A stretch of DNA of 64,000 bases, from NCBI GenBank assembly GCA_903837495.1, contig CAILUT010000005.1:43782-107781 (forward strand). Reading direction: 5' to 3'. The position numbers and the translations under genes are program-made. Of this stretch, positions 8,147-18,162 are shown piece by piece (position 1 is the stretch's first letter; every line of letters starts with the position of its first letter). The notes beneath the pieces were generated by a model. That model had not been told where the DNA came from. It saw nothing but the letters and a program-made list of their open reading frames with translations, and did not search any database. Source of the stretch: an uncultured Flavobacteriales bacterium. GTDB lineage: Bacteria; Bacteroidota; Bacteroidia; CAIKAF01.

Positions 8147-8803
8147 TTACTTTTTCAGCAATTCCGGGAAAAGCTTGTAGAATTTTTCCACCTTTGGCTG
8201 CACCACCATTTGACAATAGCCCTGATTGGGATTCCGCTGAAAATAATTCAGGTGTTCATCTTCGGCACGGTAAAACGCCTCAAAGGCCTTTAATTCGGTA
8301 ACAATGGGCGTATTGTAGATGCGGGCTTCGGTCATGGCGTTTAGAACTTCACGGGCCAGGGATTCCTGCTGGGAAGAGCGGTACAGAATAATGCTTCGGT
8401 ACTGGGTACCGATGTCGGCGCCTTGCCGGTTTAAGGTAGTAGGGTCATGGGTTTTAAAGAACACACCCAACAGCGTTTTCAAAGAAACCTGAGCGGGGTC
8501 GAAGACCACCTGAATGACCTCGGCATGGCCGGTGGCTCCGGAGCAGACCTGTTTGTAAGAGGGATTGGGATTTTGGCCTCCGCTGTAGCCGGGTTCCACC
8601 TTAAATACCCCTTGAATGGCAGAATAAATGGCTTCGGTGCACCAAAAGCAGCCTCCACCAAGGGTTATGGTATCGGTGATTTCAGTCCTGGGCGTAGAAT
8701 CGGAATTCATTTGATTGGCTTTTGCAGGTGAGCAAGAGGTGAAACAGAAGAAAAGGGCGGCTGAGCACAGCCCTAAAGTTGAAGAAAGAGGTAAATTAAT
8801 CAC
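8147..8803 (-). CDS. msrA: peptide-methionine (S)-S-oxide reductase MsrA (lipoprotein)
   Basis: GCFWCTEAIY active-site motif, MsrA core, N-terminal lipoprotein signal. GTG start at 8803. Confidence 0.9.
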   Translation of the reverse strand: MINLPLSSTLGLCSAALFFCFTSCSPAKANQMNSDSTPRTEITDTITLGGGCFWCTEAIYSAIQGVFKVEPGYSGGQNPNPSYKQVCSGATGHAEVIQVVFDPAQVSLKTLLGVFFKTHDPTTLNRQGADIGTQYRSIILYRSSQQESLAREVLNAMTEARIYNTPIVTELKAFEAFYRAEDEHLNYFQRNPNQGYCQMVVQPKVEKFYKLFPELLKK

Positions 8804-8814
8804 ATAAGGGAAAC

Positions 8815-8843
8815 AAAAAAGCCTGAATGTTGGTTCAGGCTTT
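8815..8843 (-). terminator. rho-independent terminator of secDF (hairpin + T-run on minus strand)
   Basis: AAAAAAGCCTGAA-TGTTGG-TTCAGGCTTT: 8-bp stem, with an A-run on plus that reads as a T-run on minus. Confidence 0.5.
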
Positions 8844-8851
8844 CTGATTAA

Positions 8852-11800
8852 TTATGCATTTGTGCTCGATTTCTTTTTTGATTTCAGGTCAATGACCCCT
8901 GGGGCGGCAATACAGATGGAGGAGTAAGTACCCACCACAACGCCGATTAGAATGGCAAAGGAAAGGCCTTTGATGCCTTCTCCACCAAACAGGAAGGCGG
9001 CCAGCAATACGAGCATCGTTGTGGTAGATGTGTTTATTGTTCTTCCTAAGGTGCTATTCAATGCTTTGTTAATGGTCTCGGGAAGATTGGGGTTTTTCAA
9101 ATCTTTCAAATATTCCCGAATCCGGTCGAAGATAATCACCGTATCGTTGATGGAATATCCGATAACGGTAAGAACGGCAGCAATAATGCTTTGATCGATT
9201 TCGAGCGAGAATGGCAGTAGGCCGTCAAAAATCGAGAATACAGCAAGGACAAGTACAACGTCGTGGACAAGTGCTAGTAATGCGGCAGTGCCATATTGCC
9301 AGCCTTTGAAACGGATCAAGATGTAGATGAAAATGATTACAAGGGAGAGTAAAACCGCGTAAATAGATTTGATGGCGACGTCGCGTGCGATGGTGGGGCC
9401 TACAATTTCAACCTGTTCGATGCCGGTTTCGTTGTTGAGGGTGCAAAAGTCTTCAAGGCTTGGAGCGGCGGTGTAGAAACCTTTTAGAACCTCGTACAGT
9501 TCGGCCTTCACGGCTTCGTCCACTTCTTTTCCTTGTTCGTCAAGGCGGTATTTGGTTATCAAATAGATTGTATTGTTGTCGCCGTAGTACTTAACTTGAG
9601 CGGTGGTTCCATCGAATTTGGCTGAAACCGCATCGGAAATTTGGCTGGTGTTAAAGTTTGAATTGTCGAAAGCGATAACGTAGGCGCGGCCACCGTTCAA
9701 ATCGACTCCAAGGTTAAAGCCTTTGGTGGCGAAGGAAACAAAGCCAGCGGCCATCAAAACTCCCGATACAACATAGAACAGTTTGCGGCGGCCCACAAAA
9801 TTGATGTTCATGTTTGTAAACCACTTAGAGGTGACTTTGGAAGCGAATTCGAAGGACTTTCCTTTTTCAAGTTGCCATTCAAAGATCAAGCGGGTTAGGA
9901 AAATGGCCGAGAAGAGGGAAGTAAGGATACCGATAAAGAGGGTGATGGCAAAACCACGAACGGGTCCGGCGCCGAAGGCAATCAAAACAATGGCAATAAG
10001 TGCGGTGGTAATGTTGGAGTCGATAATGGCTCGATAGGCGCTAGCGTAGCCATCGGCCAGAGCGAGTTTAACGCCTTTGCCGCCTCGAATTTCTTCGCGA
10101 ATGCGTTCAAAAATCAAAACGTTGGCATCGACTGCCATTCCAATAGTCAAAACGATGCCGGTGATTCCAGCCAAGGTAAGGGTTGTACCCAAGCCAGCTA
10201 AAGTGCCCATTAAGAAGAACAGGTTGGCAAGCAAGGCAAGGTCGGCAATCCAACCGGATTTGCCGTAGTAAAAAACCATGTAAGCTAAAACAAGGAAAAA
10301 GGCAATAACGAGCGAAGCCACACCTGCGGTTCTTGCTTTTGAACCCAATGAAGGGCCAACCATAGCCAGTTCGACAACCTGAGTTCGGGTGGGGAGTTTT
10401 CCTGATTTCAGGATAGATGCAAGGGATTTAGCTTCGTCGAAGGTAAAATTACCGGTGATGCTGGAACTGCCGCCGCTGATTTTATCTTGAACCGTAGGAG
10501 CGGAATACACTCGATTATCGAGAACGATGGCAATGGACTTCCCCTTGTTTTTGTCGGTAATTTTGGCCCAACGGGAGGCGCCTTCGCCGTTCATTTCCAT
10601 TAAAACCTCGTATCCTCCGGATTTATCGTCGGCATTAAAACGGGCATCAACAACCACATCGCCTTCTAGGGCTGGGCTTTGGTCTCGGGCGTCGGAGCGT
10701 AGGGCATACAATTCAAATTGCCCTTTGCGTGGGTCGTCGTCTGAAACACCTTCAAAGGGTTTGTTGCTCCAGCGCAGCACCAAATCGGCGGGCAAGAGTT
10801 TTTTAAGGTCGGGTCGCGCCAACAGGGCATTTATGGCAATGGTATCGCGGGCTTGGTTGCGGGTATATCCCATAATGGGGCCCATGCCGTAGGAGTTTTC
10901 ACCTTTTTCATTGCTCATGATGTTTGGGAAGAAGGCACTGAACAATGGGCCGGGGTCTTGGTCATCGCCCATTTTTTCGGTTTCCTTGTTTTTTGACGTA
11001 TCTCCGGCACCAAAAGCCAGCTCGGTTGAGTCGGCATCGGCTAAGGTAGAATCGGTGGTGTTGGTATCGGTTTCGGCAATGCCTTTGGCCAGTTTTGATT
11101 CTTTGTTAAGCACCTCGATAATTTGTTGAAAACCAGGGCTTGAGAGCACTTCTGCTCCGTCGTATGTTAGCCAAAATTCCAATTTAGCGGGTGCTTCCAA
11201 AAGGTTTCGGACTTGGGTTTCATTTTGAACGCCGGGCATTTCTACCCGAATGCGGCCGGTACCGCCCACTTTTTGAATGTTGGCTTGAGTCATGCCGAAG
11301 TTGTTGATCCGGGCATCTAAAACATCAAAGGTTCTGGATAAGGCAAGGTCGGCTTCGACTTGCAGGACGGCTAAAACATCTTTGTTGGACATTTTGCCGT
11401 TGATGGCCTTTTGATTGGCGTGTCCAAAAATACCTGGGGCGGCAAGTTGAACACCTGGATTGATGCTTTGGTAGGCTTTTCCGAACAGATCCACGAAGTT
11501 TTCCTGACTGGATTTTTGCTGTTCAATGGCTTGAGCAATGGCTTTTTCGAAACCGGGGTCTTGGGGATTGTTGGCCAATTTGCGGAGTAAATCGGGCAGA
11601 GAAGCTTCTATGGTAACGTTAATTCCACCGCGAAGGTCCAAACCTAGGTTCATTTCCCGTTTCTTTGCCTCGGCATACGTTAGGGTAGGCAAGAAATCCC
11701 AAATGACAGAATGGTTTTCATCGTTGGCAATAGAATCTAGGTAAATGCGTTGTTTCACCACATCTCCACCGGCCAATTCCAGAGCCTCAGCTTCGGTAGA

Positions 11801-11887
11801 ATTGGTTAAAACCGTAAAGGTTAAGTGGAAAAGGCAGGCCAGCCCCAACAGAATGGCAAAAATCCGGATGACTGCTTTATTTTGCAT
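8852..11887 (-). CDS. secDF: protein translocase subunit SecDF (fused SecD-SecF)
   Basis: 1011 aa. SecD and SecF membrane domains (twelve TM; motifs [42 protein letters not shown]). The fusion is typical of Bacteroidota. Confidence 0.9.
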   Translation of the reverse strand: [1011 protein letters not shown]

Positions 11888-11954
11888 AGTTGAAAAGATA
11901 AGTGCAGAATTGGCTTATAAAAAATGAATGCAAAGATATACTTTTAAATAGATT

Positions 11955-14114
11955 ATGCGAAGCATTGCCCTTTACATCTTGGCTTACCTGCTCTTAGCCC
12001 CGGCAATTTCGGCTCAGGCGACGCTTGGCCTTAAGGAATCGGGGGGTCCTTTGGTCATTCGGCAGGGCGACACCCTAAAATTAGCATGGGCAGGCGGTAT
12101 GCACAACCCCCAAATCGGCAACATCGATTGGGATGGGGACGGGATTTTGGATTTGTGGGTTTTCGAGAAAATTGGGCAGCGTCTAATACCGATGATTCGG
12201 GACACAGCCACAGGAAACTGGGTATATAAAGCAGGCTATCGGAATGCGGTTCAGGGGCTTCGGTTTTTTGCGCTCAGCGTAGATTGGAATGGCGATGGAA
12301 AAATGGATGTTGTGGGATATCGGTGGGATGGTTTGCAGGTTTTTATTAATCAAGCCCCCCCTGGGCAAGCTGCATTGTTTTCTAAACCACCCTTGCGTTG
12401 CATTTCTCAGTATGGAGTTGCCCTCAGTGGCCTGTTTGTTCCGCAGGACGACATACCTGCCCTTATCGATGTTGACCATGATGGAGACATAGACGTACTT
12501 ACCTTTCCTTTGTTTGGCTGCCTGGAGTGGCATAAAAATCTAAGCATGGAAACATATGGAATTCCAGATTCAACGGTATTTCGTTTGGAAAGCGAACATT
12601 GGGGATATTTTACGGAGGGCATAAACATCAACAACATCCAACTTAACGACAGTTGTTCTGGGCTGGGTGGCTGGCCCAATCCTATGCACAGCGGCGCCGG
12701 AAGGGCCCTTTTGGCGGCCGATTTTAATGCAGACAGCCTTGTTGATTTGGTTGTGTCGGAGGGGGGAAGTCCGAACATGGCGTGGTTGAAAAACGGAGGC
12801 AGCCTTGCACAGGCCCGCATGGCCGAATTGAACACCAGTTTCCCTTCTACCTTTTCAGGGACGGCCATGCTACTTAATACGTTCCCTGCCGCCTATTATG
12901 CGGATGCCAATTCAGACGGGACTCCTGATTTGTTGGTGGCCACGGCTGGCACCGATAGTCCTGCAGATGTGATGAGTTCTTTTATGTACCCGAACTTTGG
13001 AACCAAATCTCAGCCTTTGTTCAATGGTATCCCTCAGCCCTTTCTTCAATCCGACATGATTGATCTTGGCACAGGGGCATACCCTGCAGCGGCAGATATA
13101 AATGGGGATGGAATTGCCGACCTGGTGGTTGGATCGTCTTCGCAAAATGGCCAAACCGCGCGGTTGTATGTATTGCTGTCAAATCCCGACAGCAGCTTGT
13201 CCTTGCTACCCCTACCTGGAAACGACGGCAGCACATTGACCAACTACGATCTAATTCCAAGCCTTGGAGACATAGACAACGATGGAGATCTCGATTTGAT
13301 TTTGGGGACCCAACCTGGCAGTATTTTGCTGATACCAAATGTAGGGAGCAATACCCAGCCTCTTTTTTCGAGTACAGCGCTTGTTTTGGTTTCGGACATA
13401 GGGCAAACCTATGCCTCACCCGAATTATTTGATGCCGATTCCGACGGCGATTTGGATCTACTTGTAGGGGGACGCGATGGTCGGATTGCTTTTTATCGCA
13501 ATGTCGGGAATGCTTCTCAGGCCCAATTTGGAACGGCAGAAACGACCTTTTTAGGTCAAATCGAAACCGTGGATCCAAGCGTCGGGAGCTCTGGATATAG
13601 CATTCCCCGGATTTTTTATAATCTAGGGGTTCCAGAACTAATGGTAGGCTCCTACCGAGGAACTTTGAGCCACTACAGCACTCTTTTTTCAAGCCCGGGC
13701 CAATTTAACAGCAGTTTCACCTTGGTTACCGACCGATTGGGTTATGCCGACGCGGGGCAGCGTTCGGCTCCGGCCCCCATTGTTCTTCCTGGCCAAGTCT
13801 ATCCTGACGTCGTTTTAGGGGGAGCGGCTGGTGGGCTTTTTTATTATACAGGAGTCGCAGTCGACCTAGGTGCTGCGCATTATTCCCAACCTACAATAAC
13901 GGTATATCCAAATCCGGTTCGCCAAGGCGACAAACTTAATTGCAAGGAATGCCCGTTGAAGGCAACCTGGACTCTGGTTTCAATACTAGGGCAGGACTTG
14001 TTGCAGGGAGAGGGGAACGAAATTCCTACCGATGGGCTGGATTCTGGGTTATATGTAATTAAAATTCAAACCAACAAAGGGCCTATCCTGTCTCGACTTG
14101 TTGTTTTTAAATAA
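11955..14114 (+). CDS. FG-GAP/VCBS repeat protein with T9SS type-A C-terminal sorting domain
   Basis: Multiple DxDGDGxxDL integrin-alpha-like repeats. C-terminus ...VYPNPV...GLYVIKIQTNKGPILSRLVVFK is a Por secretion tail. Signal peptide present. Confidence 0.7.
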   Translation: MRSIALYILAYLLLAPAISAQATLGLKESGGPLVIRQGDTLKLAWAGGMHNPQIGNIDWDGDGILDLWVFEKIGQRLIPMIRDTATGNWVYKAGYRNAVQGLRFFALSVDWNGDGKMDVVGYRWDGLQVFINQAPPGQAALFSKPPLRCISQYGVALSGLFVPQDDIPALIDVDHDGDIDVLTFPLFGCLEWHKNLSMETYGIPDSTVFRLESEHWGYFTEGININNIQLNDSCSGLGGWPNPMHSGAGRALLAADFNADSLVDLVVSEGGSPNMAWLKNGGSLAQARMAELNTSFPSTFSGTAMLLNTFPAAYYADANSDGTPDLLVATAGTDSPADVMSSFMYPNFGTKSQPLFNGIPQPFLQSDMIDLGTGAYPAAADINGDGIADLVVGSSSQNGQTARLYVLLSNPDSSLSLLPLPGNDGSTLTNYDLIPSLGDIDNDGDLDLILGTQPGSILLIPNVGSNTQPLFSSTALVLVSDIGQTYASPELFDADSDGDLDLLVGGRDGRIAFYRNVGNASQAQFGTAETTFLGQIETVDPSVGSSGYSIPRIFYNLGVPELMVGSYRGTLSHYSTLFSSPGQFNSSFTLVTDRLGYADAGQRSAPAPIVLPGQVYPDVVLGGAAGGLFYYTGVAVDLGAAHYSQPTITVYPNPVRQGDKLNCKECPLKATWTLVSILGQDLLQGEGNEIPTDGLDSGLYVIKIQTNKGPILSRLVVFK

Positions 14115-14306
14115 AGCAAGTTGCGGCCTTTGAGATTTTATTTTGTTTATTTTCGCTTCGCATAGTTATGGACTTTATAACGAACAGGTACCATTTGGAT
14201 ATTGAAACAGCAACTTGCTCTCTGTTCTGCATTCTGCCCTTTAGCCTCGGCAATTTGTCCTCAAATTATTAAAAACCCTTTAAAAGGGGCATTAAGTTAA
14301 ACCTAC

Positions 14307-15947
14307 ATGACCAACCTCTCCGACAAAACTTCGTACGACGTAATAATAATTGGTTCAGGTATGGGCGCATTGACAGTGGCGTCGATCTTGGGCCAACTTC
14401 AGGGAAAGCGAGTGCTTATTTTAGAGCAGCATTACATTGCTGGAGGTTTCACCCATACGTTTAAGCGGGAAAAGGGGTACAAGTGGGATGTGGGCATTCA
14501 TTATGTTGGAGATTTAGAAGACGGGCATAAATTTCGGCGCTTGTTTGATTTTGTTACAAGAGGAGGTGTTCGGTGGCAAAAAATGCCCTACATCTACGAC
14601 AAATTCGTGTTTCCGGACTTTACTGTTGAAGCGCCGGCCGATTTGGATTCCCTTCGAAGTCAGTTAATTGTTCAATTCCCGCACGAAGAAAAAGCACTAA
14701 TTCAGTATTTCGAAGATGTGGTGCGGGCGGATGCTTGGTATCGGAAGTACATATTGTACAAGCATATTCCGAGTTTGTTAAAGCCCTTTGTTAAACCTTC
14801 AAAGGCCGACACACTGCTTTCAACGGGCAGCACCAAAGATTACTTAGATGCTCATTTTAGCGATCAGAAGTTAAAGGGGGTTTTGACCTCGCAGTGGGGC
14901 AATTATGGAGCGGTACCTGGGCAGTCTTCTTTTGCCAACCATGCCATGGTGGTGCGGCATTTTTTTAAAGGTGGCTACTATCCGATTGGCAGTTCAAAGA
15001 CAATTTTGCAATCTATAGAGCCGATTGTTGAGCAATATGGTGGTGCTATAAAAATCAACCATCGGGTTGAGGAGATTATTCTTGACGGCGATACGGCTGT
15101 AGGGGTTCGGGGGCAGCAAAAAAAGGGCAAAGATTTTCTTCCATTTGAGTATTATGCTCCTGTTGTGGTATCGGATGCTGGGGCTTACAATACCTACTGT
15201 AAATTATTGCCGGCCAGTCCTAGGATAAAATCCCGGCGTGAATCCCTGAGCAACCACCCCAATGGGCTTTCTCACCTTTGCTTGTACATCGGCTTTAAGG
15301 AAAGTCCAGAAAAAATGGGATTTAAAGGAGAGAATCACTGGATTTTTGACGGCTACGACCACGATGCGTTGTTTGCAGACTTAGATGCAGTAACCGAGGA
15401 CAGGATGAAAATGGCCTTTTTGTCGTTCCCTTCTTTAAAGGATCCTGAGGCGAAAGCGCATACGGGAGAAATTATCACATTTGTAAGCTATGATTACTTC
15501 AAAAAATGGAGTACAGAACGGTGGAAAAACAGAGGGGAAGATTACGAGGCTGTAAAGCAGGAAATCGCAGAGCGCATGCTTAATTTTATTGAGGGTAAGT
15601 ACCCTGGTTTTAAAGAAATGGTGGATTTTTATGAACTTTCGACTCCCTTGACCACAGAGCACTTCACCCTGCACCGAAATGGTGAAATCTATGGGATGCA
15701 TACGACTCCCGATCGTTTGCTAAAAGATTGGAATCAGGTAAAAACGCCCATTAAAAATTTGTATTTGACAGGTACCGATGCGGCGGTATTGGGAGTGGCT
15801 GGGGCCTTTACGGGCGGGGTGTTTGCCTCGGTCGAACTCATGGGAAAAAGCCTAGGGTTGCTTCATTATATAAAGTTAGAGGGCCGCGCCGAGGCTTTTG
15901 CCAAAGAATTGAAAAGCAAGGGAATACGGACTGTTTTTGGGGGTTAA
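14307..15947 (+). CDS. FAD/NAD(P)-dependent oxidoreductase, phytoene desaturase (CrtI/CrtD-like, COG1233) family
   Basis: N-terminal dinucleotide fold YDVIIIGSGMGALTVASILGQ...VLILEQHYIAGG. About 546 aa with amine-oxidase-like architecture. Confidence 0.7.
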   Translation: MTNLSDKTSYDVIIIGSGMGALTVASILGQLQGKRVLILEQHYIAGGFTHTFKREKGYKWDVGIHYVGDLEDGHKFRRLFDFVTRGGVRWQKMPYIYDKFVFPDFTVEAPADLDSLRSQLIVQFPHEEKALIQYFEDVVRADAWYRKYILYKHIPSLLKPFVKPSKADTLLSTGSTKDYLDAHFSDQKLKGVLTSQWGNYGAVPGQSSFANHAMVVRHFFKGGYYPIGSSKTILQSIEPIVEQYGGAIKINHRVEEIILDGDTAVGVRGQQKKGKDFLPFEYYAPVVVSDAGAYNTYCKLLPASPRIKSRRESLSNHPNGLSHLCLYIGFKESPEKMGFKGENHWIFDGYDHDALFADLDAVTEDRMKMAFLSFPSLKDPEAKAHTGEIITFVSYDYFKKWSTERWKNRGEDYEAVKQEIAERMLNFIEGKYPGFKEMVDFYELSTPLTTEHFTLHRNGEIYGMHTTPDRLLKDWNQVKTPIKNLYLTGTDAAVLGVAGAFTGGVFASVELMGKSLGLLHYIKLEGRAEAFAKELKSKGIRTVFGG

Positions 15948-16007
15948 TTATGGCCTTTAGCCAGGAAATCCGATTCAATTAGCAGGGTCTCTCGCATTTC
16001 ATTACCT

Positions 16008-16904
16008 TTGAACATGTTGTTCGGAGCTCCAATTATTGACTTGTCAAAAATGGCCCAACTGGAGGCCCAAACTCCCAACTTAATTGTTTGGGCGGTTCCG
16101 GCCATGGTAATTTTCACCCTAATTGAAATCCTTTTTTCGTACCGAGACCAAAAAGGGTTTTATGAAAAGAAGGAACTGGCGGGCAGCATTTTGGTTGGTC
16201 TTGGCAACCTGTTCGTGAGTGCGGCACTAAAGGTGTCATTGCTTTTATTGGTGGTATGGGTTTACAACCAGCTTCCTTGGCGAATGGAATTAAACTGGTG
16301 GACCTTTCCTATTTGCTATGTTGTTTATGATTTCTGCTCGTATTGGGCGCACCGAATCTCGCATGAACAACGTTTTTGGTGGGCCACCCACGTGGCGCAT
16401 CATTCTGGCGAGCACTATAATTTGGCGGTGTCTTTTCGTTTAAGTTGGGTACAGCACATAAAAATTGTGTTTTTAGCGCCCGTATTGCTGATGGGTTTTC
16501 ACCCGATTGTGTTTTTTGTAACGAACCAAATTGCCGTTTTATTTCAGTTTTGGGTTCATACGGAATACATCCGGAAAACACATCCCATATTGGAGTACAT
16601 TTTGGCGACTCCGAGCAACCACAGGGTGCATCATGGGAGTCAGGAATGCTATATTGATAAAAACTATGGTGCCACCTTTATAGTTTGGGACCGCTGGTTC
16701 GGCACCTACGAACCTGAGTTGGAGCCCGTCAAGTATGGGTTAACCAAACCGATAGAGAACAAATGGAATCCTTTTTTTATAAATTTCCATGAATATATAG
16801 ACATTTGGAAAGACGTCAAGGCCGCAACGGGATTTCGGAGAAAATTGTATTATTTGTTTGGGTCTCCGTCAAAAATTGCGAAAGAAAAAGAACTCGCAGA
16901 ATAG
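16008..16904 (+). CDS. sterol desaturase / fatty acid hydroxylase superfamily membrane protein
   Basis: Histidine boxes HRISHE, HVAHHS and HRVHHG. Multi-TM. Confidence 0.75.
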   Translation: MNMLFGAPIIDLSKMAQLEAQTPNLIVWAVPAMVIFTLIEILFSYRDQKGFYEKKELAGSILVGLGNLFVSAALKVSLLLLVVWVYNQLPWRMELNWWTFPICYVVYDFCSYWAHRISHEQRFWWATHVAHHSGEHYNLAVSFRLSWVQHIKIVFLAPVLLMGFHPIVFFVTNQIAVLFQFWVHTEYIRKTHPILEYILATPSNHRVHHGSQECYIDKNYGATFIVWDRWFGTYEPELEPVKYGLTKPIENKWNPFFINFHEYIDIWKDVKAATGFRRKLYYLFGSPSKIAKEKELAE

Positions 16905-16913
16905 CAGCGCGAC

Positions 16914-17936
16914 ATGTTGATTCAAAATCAGGTTGATTTAAAAGACAAGCACACCTTTTCTACTCCAGCCATTGCTCAGGAATTTATAGAGGTTGTTGAG
17001 CTGAGCCAAGTAGAGGAAGTTCTTCGATATTGGCAGAACAAACCGTATTTAATTTTGGGGGGCGGCTCAAACTTGCTTTTTTTGAATTCGACAGTTGGCC
17101 GGGTATTAAAGGTGAATTTGCAAGGATGGACACCCGTTGCCGAAACGAGTCAACATGTTTGGATCGATGTAGCAGCAGGAGTTTCGTGGCATGACTGGGT
17201 TATCCAAAGTTTGGAACAAGGCTGGTATGGGCTTGAAAATTTAGCTTTGATTCCTGGGAATGTGGGTGCCTCACCGATGCAAAACATTGGTGCTTATGGG
17301 GTTGAGGTTAGAGAATACATAGATTCGGTCGAGGTGATAGACCGAACCACGATTCAAATGCACCGGATCGAGAACAAAGATTGCTCATTTGCCTACCGAA
17401 GTTCTGCGTTTAAGACTTTGTGGAAAAACAAATATCTGATTTGTTCGGTGCGCTTCAAGCTTTGCAAGGGCAAGCATGCATTGAGGACTGAGTATGGAGC
17501 TATAAGGGAAGAGCTGACAAAAATGGGAACAACGCCCGAATTGGCAGGGGCGAGAGAGGTAGCTGAGGCGGTAATGTCGATTCGTCGCAGCAAATTGCCA
17601 GACCCCAAAGAAATCGGAAATGCAGGGTCCTTCTTCAAAAACCCATCTGTACCCATGCACATTGCGCAGGCGTTGCTGAAGGACCATCCTACAATGCCTC
17701 AATATCCATCCGAAAACAAGGACATGGTAAAATTGGCTGCGGGCTGGTTGATTGAGCAAGCTGGATTAAAAGGAATTCGCTTTGGCGATGCCGGAGTTCA
17801 TTCAAAACAGGCACTGGTTTTGGTGAATTATGGACAAGCCAGCGGCGCAGAGATTTGGAACTTGGCGTTGCGGGTTCAGGAAAAGGTGCGGGCCCAATTT
17901 GGCGTTGTTTTAGAGCCCGAGGTGAATGCCATTTAG
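16914..17936 (+). CDS. murB: UDP-N-acetylmuramate dehydrogenase
   Basis: FAD-binding PCMH domain (ILGGGSNLLF), MurB C-terminal domain. 340 aa. Confidence 0.9.
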   Translation: MLIQNQVDLKDKHTFSTPAIAQEFIEVVELSQVEEVLRYWQNKPYLILGGGSNLLFLNSTVGRVLKVNLQGWTPVAETSQHVWIDVAAGVSWHDWVIQSLEQGWYGLENLALIPGNVGASPMQNIGAYGVEVREYIDSVEVIDRTTIQMHRIENKDCSFAYRSSAFKTLWKNKYLICSVRFKLCKGKHALRTEYGAIREELTKMGTTPELAGAREVAEAVMSIRRSKLPDPKEIGNAGSFFKNPSVPMHIAQALLKDHPTMPQYPSENKDMVKLAAGWLIEQAGLKGIRFGDAGVHSKQALVLVNYGQASGAEIWNLALRVQEKVRAQFGVVLEPEVNAI

Positions 17937-18162
17937 CGGGCGAGCGAACTTTGGGTGGCAAGGACTTTGACTTGCATTGGGAATAAAAACAATGGCATTT
18001 AAAAACGAAGATGCAATATGGGGTATTAAACAAGGCAAGGTCAAGAATCGAAACCGCAATCAATGAAAAGTGGTTTTTAGGCCGAGGTCTAAATACAATT
18101 AACATCTTTTACTGGAATGGGTTAAATAAGGGTTTTTCTTTCCTGTACTTTTGCAGTGTGAA

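Noticed and set aside
8952-11927. Plus-strand ORFs (60-121 aa) inside secDF
   Set aside because: They are antisense to a 1011-aa gene with unmistakable SecD/SecF homology, and the peptides are compositionally odd.
14115-14306. Inverted repeat AGCAAGTTGC ... GCAACTTGCT (about 85-nt spacing) and palindrome CCCTTTAAAAGGGG upstream of the CrtI-like gene as a regulatory RNA or operator
   Set aside because: Single occurrence, short arms and AT-rich context. I cannot distinguish it from chance without comparative data, so it is noted but not called.
18011-18162. Upstream extension of the M13 peptidase ORF (start at 18011)
   Set aside because: The extension (MQYGVLNKARSRIETAINEKWFLGRG...) has no signal-peptide character. 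ATG 18163 yields a textbook lipoprotein signal ending in Cys.
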